A stretch of 48,396 nucleotides of DNA from Patellaria atrata CBS 101060 (GCA_010093705.1 MU006113.1:68849-117244), one strand, 5' to 3'; counted from the stretch's first letter, positions 24,516 through 38,500 are shown. The notes: generated by a model from the letters alone, not told the origin. Numbers and translations: made by a program.

Positions 24516-25673
24516 CTAGAATATCGCTAAGGCGTTCGGTGGACTCGCGACTCCGCCTGGGACATTACATGGCTCGCTCGTTAGGAAAAAGCTCCATCGG
24601 CCGAGTTCCTCGCATGTTGTAGACAGCTTCTCGAGATCGAACAGCTCCCCGATGGGGCAGCCGAAACCAGCGAGGAAGACTTCGTGGAGGGAGTAGTCGT
24701 CTTTGGGCGGTGCTGGGATTGGGTGTGAGCATGGTGTCGCAAAGATGCAGTCGAACCCCCCCCCCCCCCCCCCTTCCCCTTCCCCGGGGGAACCCCTTAT
24801 GAAGTAATGTCGAGCATAACGAACGCACATAAAGATCAAGCACCAGGAAAAAGGGTAATGTATATGAAAAATAAAGGAAAGCCAACACTCACGCCAACTC
24901 TCAAACGACGGCATATCGCCGCCGACCGCAGCAAAGTTCTCCCACACCCACTCCATAACCTCCTCAGACCTCTCCACGCCTCCGAACGCAGGCGGATCCA
25001 CAGCCGCCAACTTCTCCACCACCTCCTCCTCCAGCCGCGCAAACTCGGCCATATACCCCGACCGTATAAACAGCACATCGCCCCACCTGACCTCGGTCCC
25101 CTGCCATTCCAACACCCTCTTCAAATCCTCCAACCTCATACCCGACCTCTCGAAACAGCGGTAATCGGACGGCTCCTTCTTCCCCTCCCTCCACCTCCGA
25201 TAATCAAGCAGAATCCCCCTTGCCACGATCCCCCGCTGCGCCCAATGCCCGACACCCAAGACCCATTTCTCCCCTTCCCCTCCCTCATGGACCTCCTCCA
25301 TTCCAACCCCACCATAAAACCTCCTCTCCCGCTGATACCCGAAATGCCGTAGCCCATCCCACTGACTGCTCCCCTGACTGTTAAACGCCCAAACATCATC
25401 GTTCACGAAACGCGGTTTCTTCTGCCACATGCGGTGTTCGAACTTCTGGCGGCCGAAGAAGGGGGTCGTTTGCGCGGTCAGGGGCCAATCTAGGTTTACG
25501 CGGCGTCCGGTTTGGATCTCGGAGGCGGCGGCGAGGACGACGGCGTCAGTGAGGCGGTTCAGAGTGCCGAGGGAGTCGGTGGGGCCGTAGAGGGACCAGG
25601 CGGAATAGGGTGGGTCAGTGGAGCGGAGGGGGAGAGATGTGAAGGGCGGGATGGAATCGGGGCGGGTGGACAT
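24516..25673 (-). CDS. Putative cyclase / kynurenine formamidase-like metallohydrolase, 2 exons
   Basis: AWSLYGPTDSLGTLNRLT, NSQGSSQWDGLRHFGY, GIVARGILLDY, GDVLFIRSG, LHEVFLAGFGCPIGELFDLEKL, PGGVASPPNALAIF; intron 24713-24892. Confidence 0.9.
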   Translation of the reverse strand: MSTRPDSIPPFTSLPLRSTDPPYSAWSLYGPTDSLGTLNRLTDAVVLAAASEIQTGRRVNLDWPLTAQTTPFFGRQKFEHRMWQKKPRFVNDDVWAFNSQGSSQWDGLRHFGYQRERRFYGGVGMEEVHEGGEGEKWVLGVGHWAQRGIVARGILLDYRRWREGKKEPSDYRCFERSGMRLEDLKRVLEWQGTEVRWGDVLFIRSGYMAEFARLEEEVVEKLAAVDPPAFGGVERSEEVMEWVWENFAAVGGDMPSFESWRECWLSFIFHIHYPFSWCLIFMCVRYARHYFIRGSPGEGEGGGGGGFDCIFATPCSHPIPAPPKDDYSLHEVFLAGFGCPIGELFDLEKLSTTCEELGRWSFFLTSEPCNVPGGVASPPNALAIF

Positions 25674-26232
25674 GGGCGAGGTAGGAGTTGATGTTTTGCT
25701 ATGGGTGTTATTGGAGGTAAATGCGGGATATTGGTTGATATTTTAGTTGTGAATGAGAGGGAACTGGAGAATTCTTATTACACGGTGGAGTCGATACTGA
25801 AAATATTTTATACCCCTGACGTAGTTTGTCGTTGTAAAGAGTGGGGAACCGCGGAATTGCTCCTCAGAGATCGTCGGTTTCATGGTATCGATCCTTTCGA
25901 AGGTTAGCTTCGTGTTAGCGAAGGCATAAGTACATAATATTTGGGTACTGTTTGTTATTCTCCCCTATAATTTCGGTTTCGTTAGGATCGAGATGGTTTC
26001 GAGTACATTGTCCTCATACATCAAACTCTGATGGCAAGGCTTTCGACGGAATGACTGCTAGTATCATCTCGGTGCATAGGAAGACAAAGACTCTGTGAGA
26101 CTGTGAGACCATATAGAGTGTATCTTATTTTGTTCGTTAATTCATTTGAGATGGCTTATCCTGTTGAATCCATGGGTATAGCTGGTAATTCACATTCCTT
26201 CCCCTAAAACCTCCTCTAACAATGATATGGAT

Positions 26233-28241
26233 TCATTGTTCTACCGGCTTGATATTGATCATCCACTTATGATGGCTCGTCTTAAATAAGGGTAAGAAAC
26301 AATCCGCCACAACTATACTCCGTTAGCGCCCCTATTTTTGAATCCGATGACGACTTCATACCTTCTACATCATCCTCAGTAGTCTCGAACAGCGACATAT
26401 CGAACTTTCGAAACAGTGCTGCAAGTCCCAGGTACAGTTCTGCATACGCAATGCTTCACATTGTTAGCTATCGATACCGACCTTATATGTTTTCACGATG
26501 TAATTGACAATACTCACTTGATACCAATGCACATCCTCGGCCCCTTTGAAAACGAAACGAGATATTTGGTCAGCCTTGCTGCTTCGCTCGGGTCGGTCCA
26601 ACGCTCAGGATTAAACTTCTTCGGATTATCCCACACAGAGGGATCAACGTGAATGAGGCCAGCAGACATGCCAATAGGGGTATCTGGTGGGATTGTCCAC
26701 TGTTTGTATTGTAGAGGAAGATCAGAGATACGTTGACAACGGCCTACGACGCCAAATCCGAGCCTAGTACACAAGATTAATTAGTTCTGTTCCATAGGGC
26801 AAGTGTGTAAAGTGTATTTACCGAAGAGACTCCTTGATTACCGCAGTCTGTAGAAGAAACGTTAGCTAATACTTAATAAATCTGGTTTTCAAATCGAGGT
26901 TGGCCTACCAAATACGGTAGCTTTTGTAAGGCTGACAATGACGGCATCTCATTAGGGTTTGGAATGGCGTCCTCCAGCTCCTCCTTCAGTTTCGCAAGAA
27001 TGTCTGGGTTACTGAGAATCCTAACAATACCTGAAGCCATAGTAGACGCCGTAGTTTCTGTCCCGGCTCCAATGATCGCCTGACCGTCGCCTTGCAATCG
27101 TTCTACACTCTTTTCCTCAGGAGGAAGATCACTATCCAACAATTCCTCGAAAATTGATGGATGAGAGCCGCTCTTGAAAGTTCCAGCTTCCTTACCTTCC
27201 TTAATGCCTTGAATAATCTCCTTTGATTCTCGCTTTGAGATCACAACGGCACTCATGCCGGAATCCATGCGTTTGGCCAACCATTCGGGGATATTATCAA
27301 GAAGTTTGAACAGGAACGGCCAGGGCTTGAGCAGCAGTCCAGCCTTACTAATGTTGAGGAACACATCACTCCACTCTGGAAAAAAATTCGGATGATTCAG
27401 GTAGTCGAAACTATGACCGGTAGCATAATCTATAAAGTCTTAGCACTTCAACGTCTTAACGACATTAAGACAGGAAGAGATACCACTTATGACATCCGTT
27501 GTATAACAACTGCATGCTAACTTAAACCTCACCGGTCCTTTCTCGCCCTCCTCCTTCAACCGTCGGCACAGGGTTTCGACTTTATCCTCAATCAGCACAG
27601 GTGAAAATTTTCTGAGCATCCCCGGGCTGAAGAAGCGGTCCATTGCGCCACGGCGCATTTTATGCACATCATGGTTCGTTGTCCCAAAGGCGGATTGATC
27701 CGGGTGACCGAAGACTTGTACGAATCGTATCCATTTGTGACGCTTGGGGGCGGCACCAGTTTTAGCATCCGGAGATGGCGCGAACACAGCATTGTAGAAA
27801 TCCGGGTCGCTGATATGTATTTCTTCTGGAGAGATGCGTACAATAGGTCCTATATACAGTGTTAGGATCTCTGGAATCTGATACTATTCCAGCCTTTACA
27901 TTTAGGCGAAAAATATAGCCAGCATATGGTAGAAATACGATATGATCTTGATGCGAAAACGCGAACCTACCGTATATTCTATGCATCTCCTTGATGCGCC
28001 TAAGATACTGGCCTTCCAGGATGATATCATAATACATTTCATACCAATAGGTGAGACCAGCGATTGCAGGGCCTGGGAATCCTGCTAATGGATGGAAGTA
28101 GAGGCGATAGATACCCTTGGTGAATACATAGCTGAACCATAGGATCAGACATAGCTCATACCAAGTGACAGGTAGCGATCGAAGATTGTCAAGAGAAGTG
28201 AAGTCTGGGAAGAGCTCTAGGATATTGTCGAACGGCGCCAT
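26233..28241 (-). CDS. Cytochrome P450 (resembles the trichodiene oxygenase-like group), multi-exon
   Basis: N-terminal TM then [15 protein letters not shown]-helix AGTETT; K-helix KESLR (micro-exon about 26822-26847); FNPERW; heme motif [10 protein letters not shown]; proposed end ...INIKPVEQ* after a last intron. Confidence 0.93.
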
Positions 28242-29415
28242 GAATGCTGTAGACGGCTCTCGTTCGCCTTCAATCGACCAATGGAGAGATATACTGATCG
28301 ATGGCCGTCACCGAATCAACAACCAAAGCTCGCCAGAAGACGAAGAGAAGAGCTCAAGGTCAGCTTTCCTTCAGCGAGAAACAAAAGCGCGGAAGATTTA
28401 CAATCGCGCAAGATGCGCAGCCGCGTCCCTCCACCTTCATATACGACAACTCACAGCTGGCGGACTTACCCCAGTCTGCATCCGGTGCCGCGACCGCGCA
28501 TCTTCACCAACGGCAAACTCCCTTGAGAACACGAGCCCGTGCGGTATCTCAATATCGAAGGAACCGTCCAGGAACCCAGCAGGGAGGCTTGCGGGTCCCG
28601 CCATCCATGCCGGGCCCGCGGTCTAGGAGCCGTACGTGCATTCGCGAAGAGCTAGATATAGTGATTTATCACTCTAATCGCTGCATGAACAACCCTTATA
28701 GACCTAGCTTTACCAGCAACTCCGTAGATTCATTCATAATCCAAGCTCTTTGACACGTCCAACATTCGTTTTCTTGAGCAGTTCATGCAGAGTGAAAAGA
28801 AGCAAAAAGGTCAACTCAAGCCTCAAGAGTCATGTGAATCATACTCGGCGTTTTCCGAGCTCCTTCGACTCGTTCTTGTCTCACAATATTGCCATTGGAG
28901 GCTAGACGCCGTGCCAGGGAGATGGGAGACTATCAAGCGCGAATTGTTAACGTCGCGTAAGCCGTGAGAGGACTTTCGTCGCCGTCGGTTCGGCCAGTCG
29001 TGGGACGGGAAGGGCCAGGGAACCTTGAAGTTGAAGCCGCGTTATCATGAGTTCCACACAACTCTCGTTATTATTACCGAAAAAAAAAAAACCCCCCTGC
29101 CTACTGTGCAGTATATTAACTTTATAATATTTGGATCGTTTATAACAAGACGATAAGAAAGTGAAACTAGATTTGATGTAAAGATTGGCTCATGTATTGC
29201 ATCCTACTGTCCGTAATAGTCTGCATATCACCACCGTACACACCTGACATATTTAAGTATGCTATGTATCCTACTCCAGGGAAATAGAGCCTTGTCTCTC
29301 CTGGTAACTCATGATTTTGGAATAGCACTTGAGCATTAAAGTGATTATCGCCACCCCAATTCCCACTTTCACCCTCTTCGTAAGAAGCTCTCGTTGGAGC
29401 TGTTTTGGTAGTCAA

Positions 29416-31865
29416 TCACTGTGACTTCTTCCCTTCACGAGCTACTGCATCAATCGCCCGTTCGATTAATCTTGATCCGATTTGTATCGTCTCATTGGGT
29501 CCCTTTTGTCTAGCCCAGAATCTGTCCTCCTGACGACTTGACCCCAAACTTGACTCTCTAGCGTCCTCCTCGAGAGATTCCCTATCAACGATAGTTTTCG
29601 CGTCGGACATGGGTGGTAATCTATGGATCTCGCTCAAGTTCTCATCGAAGTACCTCTTGCGGATTATGTACCGCTCCCTCTTCTCCTTTTGCTTTCCGGG
29701 TGATTCGAGCTTCGACAGCGCGAGACGCACAGCCCAGCGTACCACTAAAAAGGTGTGCTCATACAAGAATATAGTGAGAAGCAATGCCCAAGTTTGGATA
29801 TCCTGTGGTTTTCCCCCAGGACCGAGGCCCCCGTTGCTGAAAAGATATACTATCGCTGCCGTGGTAATACTTCCAAACCATGTCAAGAAGGAGAGACTGT
29901 CAAGCCAAGGTCCGATAGTGTCAGCACGAGACGGGATCGGGCGTTGCATTTCTACGCAAATTTTGAGTGCATCTGCTCGAAGTTCAACCCAATCATTGAT
30001 CAAAAACGACACAGGAGCAAGCGGCCAAACAACGCTAAAGAGAGACAAGTAGCCAAACTAGAGATGTCAGTGGATTTATCAAGATTTAGAATGAGTAACT
30101 TACTTGCAGAACCATTTCGCGCAAGTCATTCGTAACATCGTAGGTGTCAAGTTCAGCCTCTTGACGAACACGATGCAAGAAGGACGCTTCTTCCGGTGGA
30201 TCGTTCTCGGAAACATCTGGGACAGCGCCTCCACTCCTGACGGCTCTTGCACTTTGCATCTTCTTGACTTTTGCGAATCCTTTACGTTTGAGATACGGAA
30301 CTATGATTTCCACGCACAGATTGACGACCTGCGCAGTGACTGTGAAATAGATGACTTGCTTACGGAGTCTGTCAGGATTTATAGTGAACTGCGCAGGGGT
30401 GTCCGGGGTCTTCAACTGTTTCTCGTTTTCGGCGAATGGTTGAACGGTGAGTCCGAATACGTCCAAATGTGGAACAATGAGGCTACCGAAGGGAACATAG
30501 ACGAATGCTGTTAACAGAATGGGCAAGTAAGAGGTGATGAAGTTGACAATAAATAGTTTCTGCGTCAAGGCCCTTTCGTAGCCTCCTTTAGTTTCGTAGT
30601 TTTCGAATTCAGTTAATCGGTTCGCCAAAGAATTGAGAACTCCTGTCAACACGGGCATGCAGACAGTCAAGATAATAGTGGGGAGGAAGACCTGCTATTG
30701 TCAGCCCAGTCTCACATTAAAATCTTCGTTACATACCAGGTAACTCTTCAACGGTCCGTCGTACACCTCTGAGATGAACACCTCAATACTGAAGCATGTC
30801 GCAATCAGAGCACCTAAAACGGATGCAGATGTAAGAGCAAAAGGAAGTTGTAACAATTGCCTCTGTAGCCTCTTTGTAGATGGGAAAATCCGAACCATCT
30901 CACCCGTGACGGGGTCCTTGACTTCTTTCTCATGTCCGAAATCTTTCCGTTTGGTTTCAATGGTAGACACATTCCGAGAGCCCCAGCGCACGCTGAGGTC
31001 AACCTCTTGGTGTTTCCAATACTCCGTGAAGACTATACACCAAAGACTAGCGAGGAAAGCGTATATAGGGGAGAAAGAGCCGAGAAGAAACCATGCGGTG
31101 AAGCCGAAAATAGCTGGTAAGACCAGGAAGCTGAAGTATGACTGTGTAAATGCAAAATAGAAAGCGATCTTTTGCAGGTCGTCATTAGCAATGGTAGCTC
31201 AAATCGTGAAGGGGTAAGTAGTACCTTTGATCCGAGGCGTTCCCTGATCTCGTCCAGATCTTCAGTCGTCAACATATACCTAGTGCTCCATTTCTTAATC
31301 CATTTCTTATTATACTCGTGATCGTGTAAAGGAAATATTGACTCCACGCTCTTCCATTCCCCCTCTTTAGGGGTAATACCAGCTCCACCTTCCTCCTCTG
31401 GGTTGGTGATCAACTGATAAATGATACGCAACCGTTCAGCTTCGTGGAGTGGTTCTTCTTCTAAGGCTGCTCGAGCTTCCTTTTGGGGCGCTGCGGGACG
31501 GACACCGTGGATCCAGTCCTTGACCCTGAGCTCGGTTTAGCAGTGATTTCTCGAAAACATTTGGGGAAATTTACCTAGACCTGTAGACCTCGCCGAAGAG
31601 ATGCTTTTCAGAAGCAACCTTGACGAAGATTAGGACCGAATGATTAACCCCATCCCTCACTTCTGTCGCTAATCCAACGGAGGCCAGTTCATGGACGAGC
31701 TTCTCGAATTGAGCTGTTGCCTTTGCCTTGTCTGGTATACATGTCAGGATACGTCTGTAGATGGACATCACAGCTTGGGTACCGACCTGAGCCTGTAAAC
31801 CTATAGCTTATCACATAATCAACATCCATATTCGTCTGCAACCCCGGGCTCTTGTGTGTAGCCAT
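29416..31865 (-). CDS. IST2: Anoctamin/TMEM16 family Ca2+-activated lipid scramblase/channel (Ist2-like)
   Basis: DVDYVISYRF, IFPLHDHEYNKKWIKKWS, LTEFENYET, KLFIVNFITSY, DLREMVLQ|FGYLSLFSVVWPL, NDWVELRADALKI, RADTIGPWLDSL; multiple GT-AG introns. Confidence 0.92.
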
Positions 31866-32445
31866 CTTGGGCGAATTTGCTAGAGAATACGCTTCTGGCG
31901 AGTATAAGCTTGAGGAACTGAAGTTGTCCTTCGAAAGCTAGCGGTGGAATCGAATGAAGAAAAGAAGGAGAGAGGGAAGTTCGAGATATCTCTGTCAGAC
32001 TGTCACCAGTACGTGGCTTGCATAGCGTACTTCAAACAAGAAAGCTGGCGATCGTTCTTTCCAACCCCACGTCATTGACCTCATCCTAGCACCAGCAAGC
32101 AAGATCCATGTGACGATCCCGATTTCCGATCCGTTCTCATATTGTACTTTATTCATATTACCACGCAGAGAAGCCAGGGCTTAGATCTATATTATGTGCA
32201 TCTCTATTTTTTGAAATTATACCTCAATTGATTGAACTTGGAATCCAAGAACACAAGCGGACGAAGTGTTGGGTATAACGTGGAACTGTACAGTACATTA
32301 TAACCTACTTCGTACTTCCATTGTACTAGAAGGTACCAATATACAGTACAGCACAATGCAAAAATCAGACTACCTGTCAATTCCAAACAAAGCTACGAGT
32401 ATGCTACGCATCCTAAAAAGTTCAAGTAGTCTTCTTCATCAGCGT

Positions 32446-34438
32446 TTAGATTTTCGCTCCCTGTTTCCTTCTCGTCTCCTTGTCCTTATCCCTCAACAGC
32501 CTCCTTAATATCTTCCCGCTAGGACTCTTCGGAATGGCATCAATGAATTCGACACCTCCCTTTAACCATTTGTGTCTTGCCTTGTGCTGCTCAACGTGCT
32601 TCGCAATCTCTCTCGCAATAACTTTGTCGCTGTCCTCTAGGCCCACACTCGAGGACTTGACCACGAATGCTTTCGGTACCTCACCCGCAGCACCATCGGG
32701 TATGGAAATGACAGCACAATCATTGACCGCAGGATGAGTGAGGAGATGTGCCTCCAATTCCGCAGGTGCCACCTGTAATCCCTTCACCTTGATGAGCTCC
32801 TTGAGCCTATCAACAATGAATAGATGTTCGTTTCCTGATGGCGCCTTTCGGATGACAACTTCGTCACCTGTGCGCATATAACCCTCTACGAACGTTTCTT
32901 TAGTGGCTTTCTCGTTGTTCAGATAACCTAAGACAACGGTGGGTGATTTGACTAGCAGCTCTCCGGGTTGGTCATAGCCAGTAATCTCGTTTCCTTCGAT
33001 GGTGACTATACGACATTCCATACCAGGTAAGATAGAACCACTAGATCCCATAAGGACGTCATTGGGAGCGCTCATAGACACCACGGTGCATGTTTCGGTC
33101 AAGCCTAGAAACCTGTAAGTACTAGGTGTAGAACCAGGATCTCTTAGGTATCTTATCAAACTCCGAGAGTAATGGAAACGAACATACCGTAGCCTTGTCT
33201 GATTGCCCAACTTGGGTATTGTTTTTGAAGCTCTATAGCAGTTTCTTTACCTAGGGGTGCTGCTCCTGTGAAGATATGTTTTACGCTACTTAGATCATAC
33301 TGGTCTGCTAGACTTTTGTTCTTTATCAGTAAGATTATGATTGGAGGAACCTAGTGATGAAGTATTAACGATCATGACGTAATCAAAAACTAAGGGAAAA
33401 ATTCTTACCAAGTAAAGTATCTCCAGCTTGAACCGCTGAATTGCTTCTAGTAGTCCTTTGAAGTCGAACTTGGGCAGGACGACACAACAATCTCCCCGGT
33501 ATACGGCAAGATGACATGTAACGACCAAACCGTATATGTGACTCATTGGTAGAAGGCCCAGGATATTGATGGTAACATCAGACTGATTTAATGGTTCGAT
33601 CAAAGAATCTCTATAGGGTTTTTCGAAAGTGGTCATTTGCATAACATTAGCAATGACATTTCTATGCGATATCATAACACCTTTCTATATTATCTTAGCA
33701 GAAGAATATCAAAAGAAAAAGAATTGAGCGAGCGTACCGGAAGTCCAGAGGTACCGCTGGAATAGCACAAGAATGCTACGCGTCTGGCGCCGTCACCGTC
33801 TTCGAAATTCAACTTCTCTATTGGAGGAAGTTCTTTCCCCTCCTCGATAAGCTGGTTGACCGTCTTAAAATCGGCTGGTGTTGATATTCCGGCGATTTCC
33901 AGGATGTAAATTCTATTCCTAGGGATGCTGACTTTCTGCGCTGCGTCAAGGGCCGTTTCGAGTAACGGCGCACAAGTAAATAAGGAATTTGCGCCCGAAT
34001 CTTTCAACTGATATGCAAGTTCTGCTGCAGAATACGCAGCATTTGCTGGACTCTGCAGGCCGCCGAGACGGTGCGTCGCCCATGCCAACGTCATTGTATC
34101 GATCTATTCGTGAGTCAACCATAGTACTTTATCGTTTTGACACCCCTACGGTTACTAACAGTATTTAAACTGAAAACACCAACAGCCTTATCCCATTCTG
34201 TGCCTTTGTTCGGATCCCAATCAAACTCTTTCGCCAACCCTCGTGCTAGATATTCGACCCGATCTTTGACATCCAGAGTTGAGTATTCTTTTCCAGACAG
34301 ACCACAAGTGAATGGGGATTTAGAATACCCCATCGGATGTCGGCCATAGCGCTCATTGAACATAAATTCGCTCACAGGGACAGAGTCTGGAGGGTCGAAC
34401 GGAAGTTTTGGCACCCATTGGGGAGAATAAAAAGGCAT
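32446..34438 (-). CDS. Aryl-CoA ligase (phenylacetyl-CoA / 4-coumarate-CoA ligase-like, ANL family) with PTS1-like C-terminus
   Basis: AMP-binding motif YSSGTSGLP|KGVMISH, LPMSHIYGL, RQGYG|LTET, RTGD, DRLKELIKVKGLQVAPAELE, PKSPSGKILRR; C-terminal -AKI. Confidence 0.93.
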
Positions 34439-35519
34439 TGTCTCGTCACTCGACTTATAGCAATATGACAATCTATGAGGTTCTTAGTAGGTATCTCTCA
34501 TCGAACACTCCCATAATAGCTCACCGTAAAGGTATTCAAACAAGTGAACACACCGAAAGATACGTCCTAAGAATAGGATTATACCTAGAGTAATATGTAC
34601 ATGAATAATACACTAGATCCAGCTAGTTTCATATGAAAACAATGTACATATTATGCACAAGTCACCAATAATCGAGAGTCAAACCAGGTCACCGGGCTTT
34701 TACGATGCAGAGAGCATCGCGTGGAGTACTTATCCTACCTACTGTAAGGTATTATCGGGACTGAATCTCTCCGTCCGGGAGGGGGGTTTGTCTTGGCTCA
34801 AGAAGCCGAGGCTTTTTATATTGATGATCTTCGTGAACCTCAAACCCTCAAGCATAACTCCATCAAGAGCGCTACTTTTGTAGATTACTGTATTTCAACG
34901 TCCGGATTCATCAATGAGACGATGAGGTGTCGTCGATCTCCAAGTCGTTGTATTCCTGGTATTCATGATGGGTATGACCTTCCATTTTTTGTCACACTTA
35001 TCGTTATCCACCAGCTATGTAATCTCTTTTTCGATTGCTCTACCATCACCTGAGTTACGAATGAAATCAAAAATTCTTAACTGCAGGTGAAGAGAGTGAC
35101 TGTAGATCACCCCCGGAGGCCTAGTAGCTGCTCATGACCACGTTCGAACGTGTTCGCTGAGGTAGTTTGAAGTTCGAGAAGATGAAGCTTTGAGAAATTA
35201 TGACCTGAGATGTCACGAGATACTGTAGCCAAGTTAAGAACATAGAGGACAAACCGGTAGATGCATTATCATTCGGCTAAGTACCTTATTTTCAACACCT
35301 AACTCTCTTATTTCTTCTACATCTACCGAACACCCCGCTTCCAACCTCCATCTTCTCCGTAGATACCTTACACAATCGTGTCTCTCATCATCATTACTCG
35401 AGCTTCAAGCGTACGACCTGCTACGGTGCTCTATCTAGCAAACTCTGTTTGACCCCAAGAAACCCTGGGAGATATCGCTAATCTATTCTTCTTCGTCTAT
35501 AACAGCGTCTCTTCCCGCC

Positions 35520-38500
35520 ATGGAGAACGAGCTCCAAAGGTTACTCCCCGTTGGAGAAGAGGTTGGTGAGTGGAATGCAGGTTTTGAAGATCCTGATATC
35601 CCATCTGCTCATGCGGGTCAATCGTTGCGTCGCTCCTCCAGGTTAACGCGAAGACCTTCGCTCCCATGGCAGGTTCTCCGCGACAACCAACCAGACGTCT
35701 CAAGATTGACTCCGGTAGAGGCAACAATCGATTCCCACGCATGTATCGCAATGCAGGTATCCTCCATAACAGAAGACAACGATTCTCTGTTGAGCTCCCC
35801 TCGTTCTGACTTCACAAACCCCGACGATGATATTACGCCTATTGACCTACTACCATCGCAACCTGCTAATAACACAGTAGAAGGTCCTAATTCGATTGAC
35901 TCTAGGCAATCTCTCACCATCGGGAACCCACCAGCATTTGAAGTCCCAAGCCTTATAGTCAAACTCCCTTTTCGTAGGTGGGGAAGCAAAACTACTAAAG
36001 AATCAACTGCTGGACGAAAGAACCTGAAGGATGGGAAAAAGGAGCCTCGAGTAGGGTTAAGGAGGAGTGAGCGTAGAAAAGTCCCAACATCGATCGATGA
36101 GCACTCGAAACCCACATCAAAGTCATCCTCCAAAGAGGTTGCAGATGTACCGCCTCCCGATTTCGGGGTTACCGACCAAGCTATACGGATCGATGATGGT
36201 GGTCTAGACTTCCTCGGGGAAACGCCTGTAATGGAGCGTAAACGCAGGTTCGTAGAACCGACCCAACAGGATGATTGTCTACCTTTTCACGCCCACAAAC
36301 GGCCAAACCAGGGAACGTCAGCCACTGATATAGTACCGCAGTATTCCACTATATATATGAACGATATACCAGGGGTCCGGCTTCCAACAGCGCTTTCCAA
36401 ATTTAAAAGTTGGCTTGGACTTTCGGAAGCTCTGACTCAAAGGCCAGATACGTTACCAGAACCCCAAGGTCGCCCTCCTGTCTGGGCAAATGGTCGACAA
36501 GCTCTATGTGAAACAGTGCCGTATTTCCGCGCCTTTCAAGGGGGAACATGTCGTTACAATGGGTTTGTCCGTGGTTTTCTGTTTGACAATAGTTGTATCG
36601 ACCGCGACTTTATGGATAGCAACGTCGTGATTGCCCGTACTTCGGGTGGTATGGGACGGAAAACTAAAGATGGCGACATGGTCCCCATAAAGGATCAGGG
36701 GGAATCCTCCATCTTTGAGGCAATCATGAACAATATGGTACAGCATAACCCAGTTGCTGTCATATCAGGTCAACAAAATCCTAAGATGCCTTCTCAGATG
36801 CCTTATATATACAACATCCTTGACTGGTACAAAATTACCCATGTCTGGCATGAAGAATACAATGGGATTATAATTGGCCGCTTACGTCTCGAGAAGTTGA
36901 GCGCTGGACCCAGCTGGTGGACCCCAAAAGGGGGGTCTGAAATCGTACAACTTGGACAACTCCCTCCTACACAACAGACATGCCCTGAATGCCGGAGCCA
37001 AAGCCCACAAATATATCTATGTGGCTGGATGTGCGTTATGTGGAAGTGTACACGTTTCTGGACTCTTCCAAATGGGCTAAAACCTCTAGGTGCGGACTTG
37101 AGGTATGATCCACGTTTTTTGAAATGCCACACCTGGTGGAGAAACACTTGTGAACCACAACCGCTGGTTCCAGACCGTCGTTTCCGGTTAAGTTTCAAGG
37201 ACCTCTCTTCGGAGTCTGTAAAGGGGATAGTATGTCCTGAATGTGGATGTTGCATACAGAGAGTCGAATGGGCAAGGTACAAGTGCGAGAATGAACACTG
37301 CTCCCATGTTTACGAGACGCCACATGAAGTGATCCAACCCGAGGAGGTCCAGAAGTACTATCGTCCACCGACCAGCTATTACGCTCCATCGAATGATAAG
37401 TGGGGGGAGAATGTCGTGTGGAAACTACTTTTCCGGGACAACTACCGTATAAATATCTTCGAGGTCGAAGGGGGAAAGATTGCCCATCTCATTGCTAATT
37501 CAACAGTGAACGAGGAAACAGGCGGTCCCGATGATATGTTTCGAGAGTTACAGGAGGCTGATATGGGGGCCAAGCGCGCGTGTCTACCTCGGGACCAACG
37601 TAAGTTTCTTTCTTGGGTTGATTTGCCTTTGGTGAATACTAACGTTTGATGTAGATAAAGGAGAGACATATATGACCTCCTTCATGGTAAACTATGGGAT
37701 GCCTTACAAATTCATTGCGGCTACGGCGGAGAAGACCTTCGAAGAGGCACCGGCAAAAGCCATTAAACTGGCTCGCTCCCGCCTTATTTGGGCGGTGAAG
37801 ATGCTCTTCGAGCAAGATCCCGGGTTCAACGAACTACTCCTGGTCCAATATATGTCTGAACAGAAGATGGACGTAAGTAACCTATCGCCCTTAATTCCAA
37901 TTGACGCTGACCGACACAGTATCATGATGACGGAGAGGCCGGACTTGGCCCGATTGTTGCAGCCCAGTCTCTCGGATTCGGTTCGGAGATGAGATTCCGC
38001 CAAAAAGCGAAATACTATTTTGGGGTCACCAAGTCTCAAGATACTCTCAACGAGAGACCTATTCAAGGCTGCTTCAAATACGAGGAACGTATGAGAGCAT
38101 GGCTTGAACTCCAGACCCTGCCAGCGGAAGCAAAAAAACTGAGAAGAGAGCAACTGGTAAAGGAGCTAGGGTTAAGAAGCAAGAGGAGTCCCATGGATGC
38201 TATCACTCTGAGACTATGCCATGGAGACGTCGTGATAATGGTTGGATCGAAGTTGCAGAAGTACTATGAAGTAAGTGCACCTCAGAACGAAGTTGTACAC
38301 CACACAAAGTGCTCAGACTATATACTAACAATATTCTTAGCATTCTGTCACCGGCGCTGATGGTAATATTCGATTCGCACTAACCTGTCGCCACATCGAT
38401 CCCGCATCTCTCAAGCCAGAACAACTCCCGGCTACGGAGGTGCTCCCGGATGACATCCATTACGATGGAAGTCAGCTACCACAAGTTCCTTCCCCGCCAC

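Noticed and set aside
28301..28753. 150-aa plus-strand ORF
   Set aside because: It starts only 60 nt from the divergent P450 ATG and has no recognisable domain.
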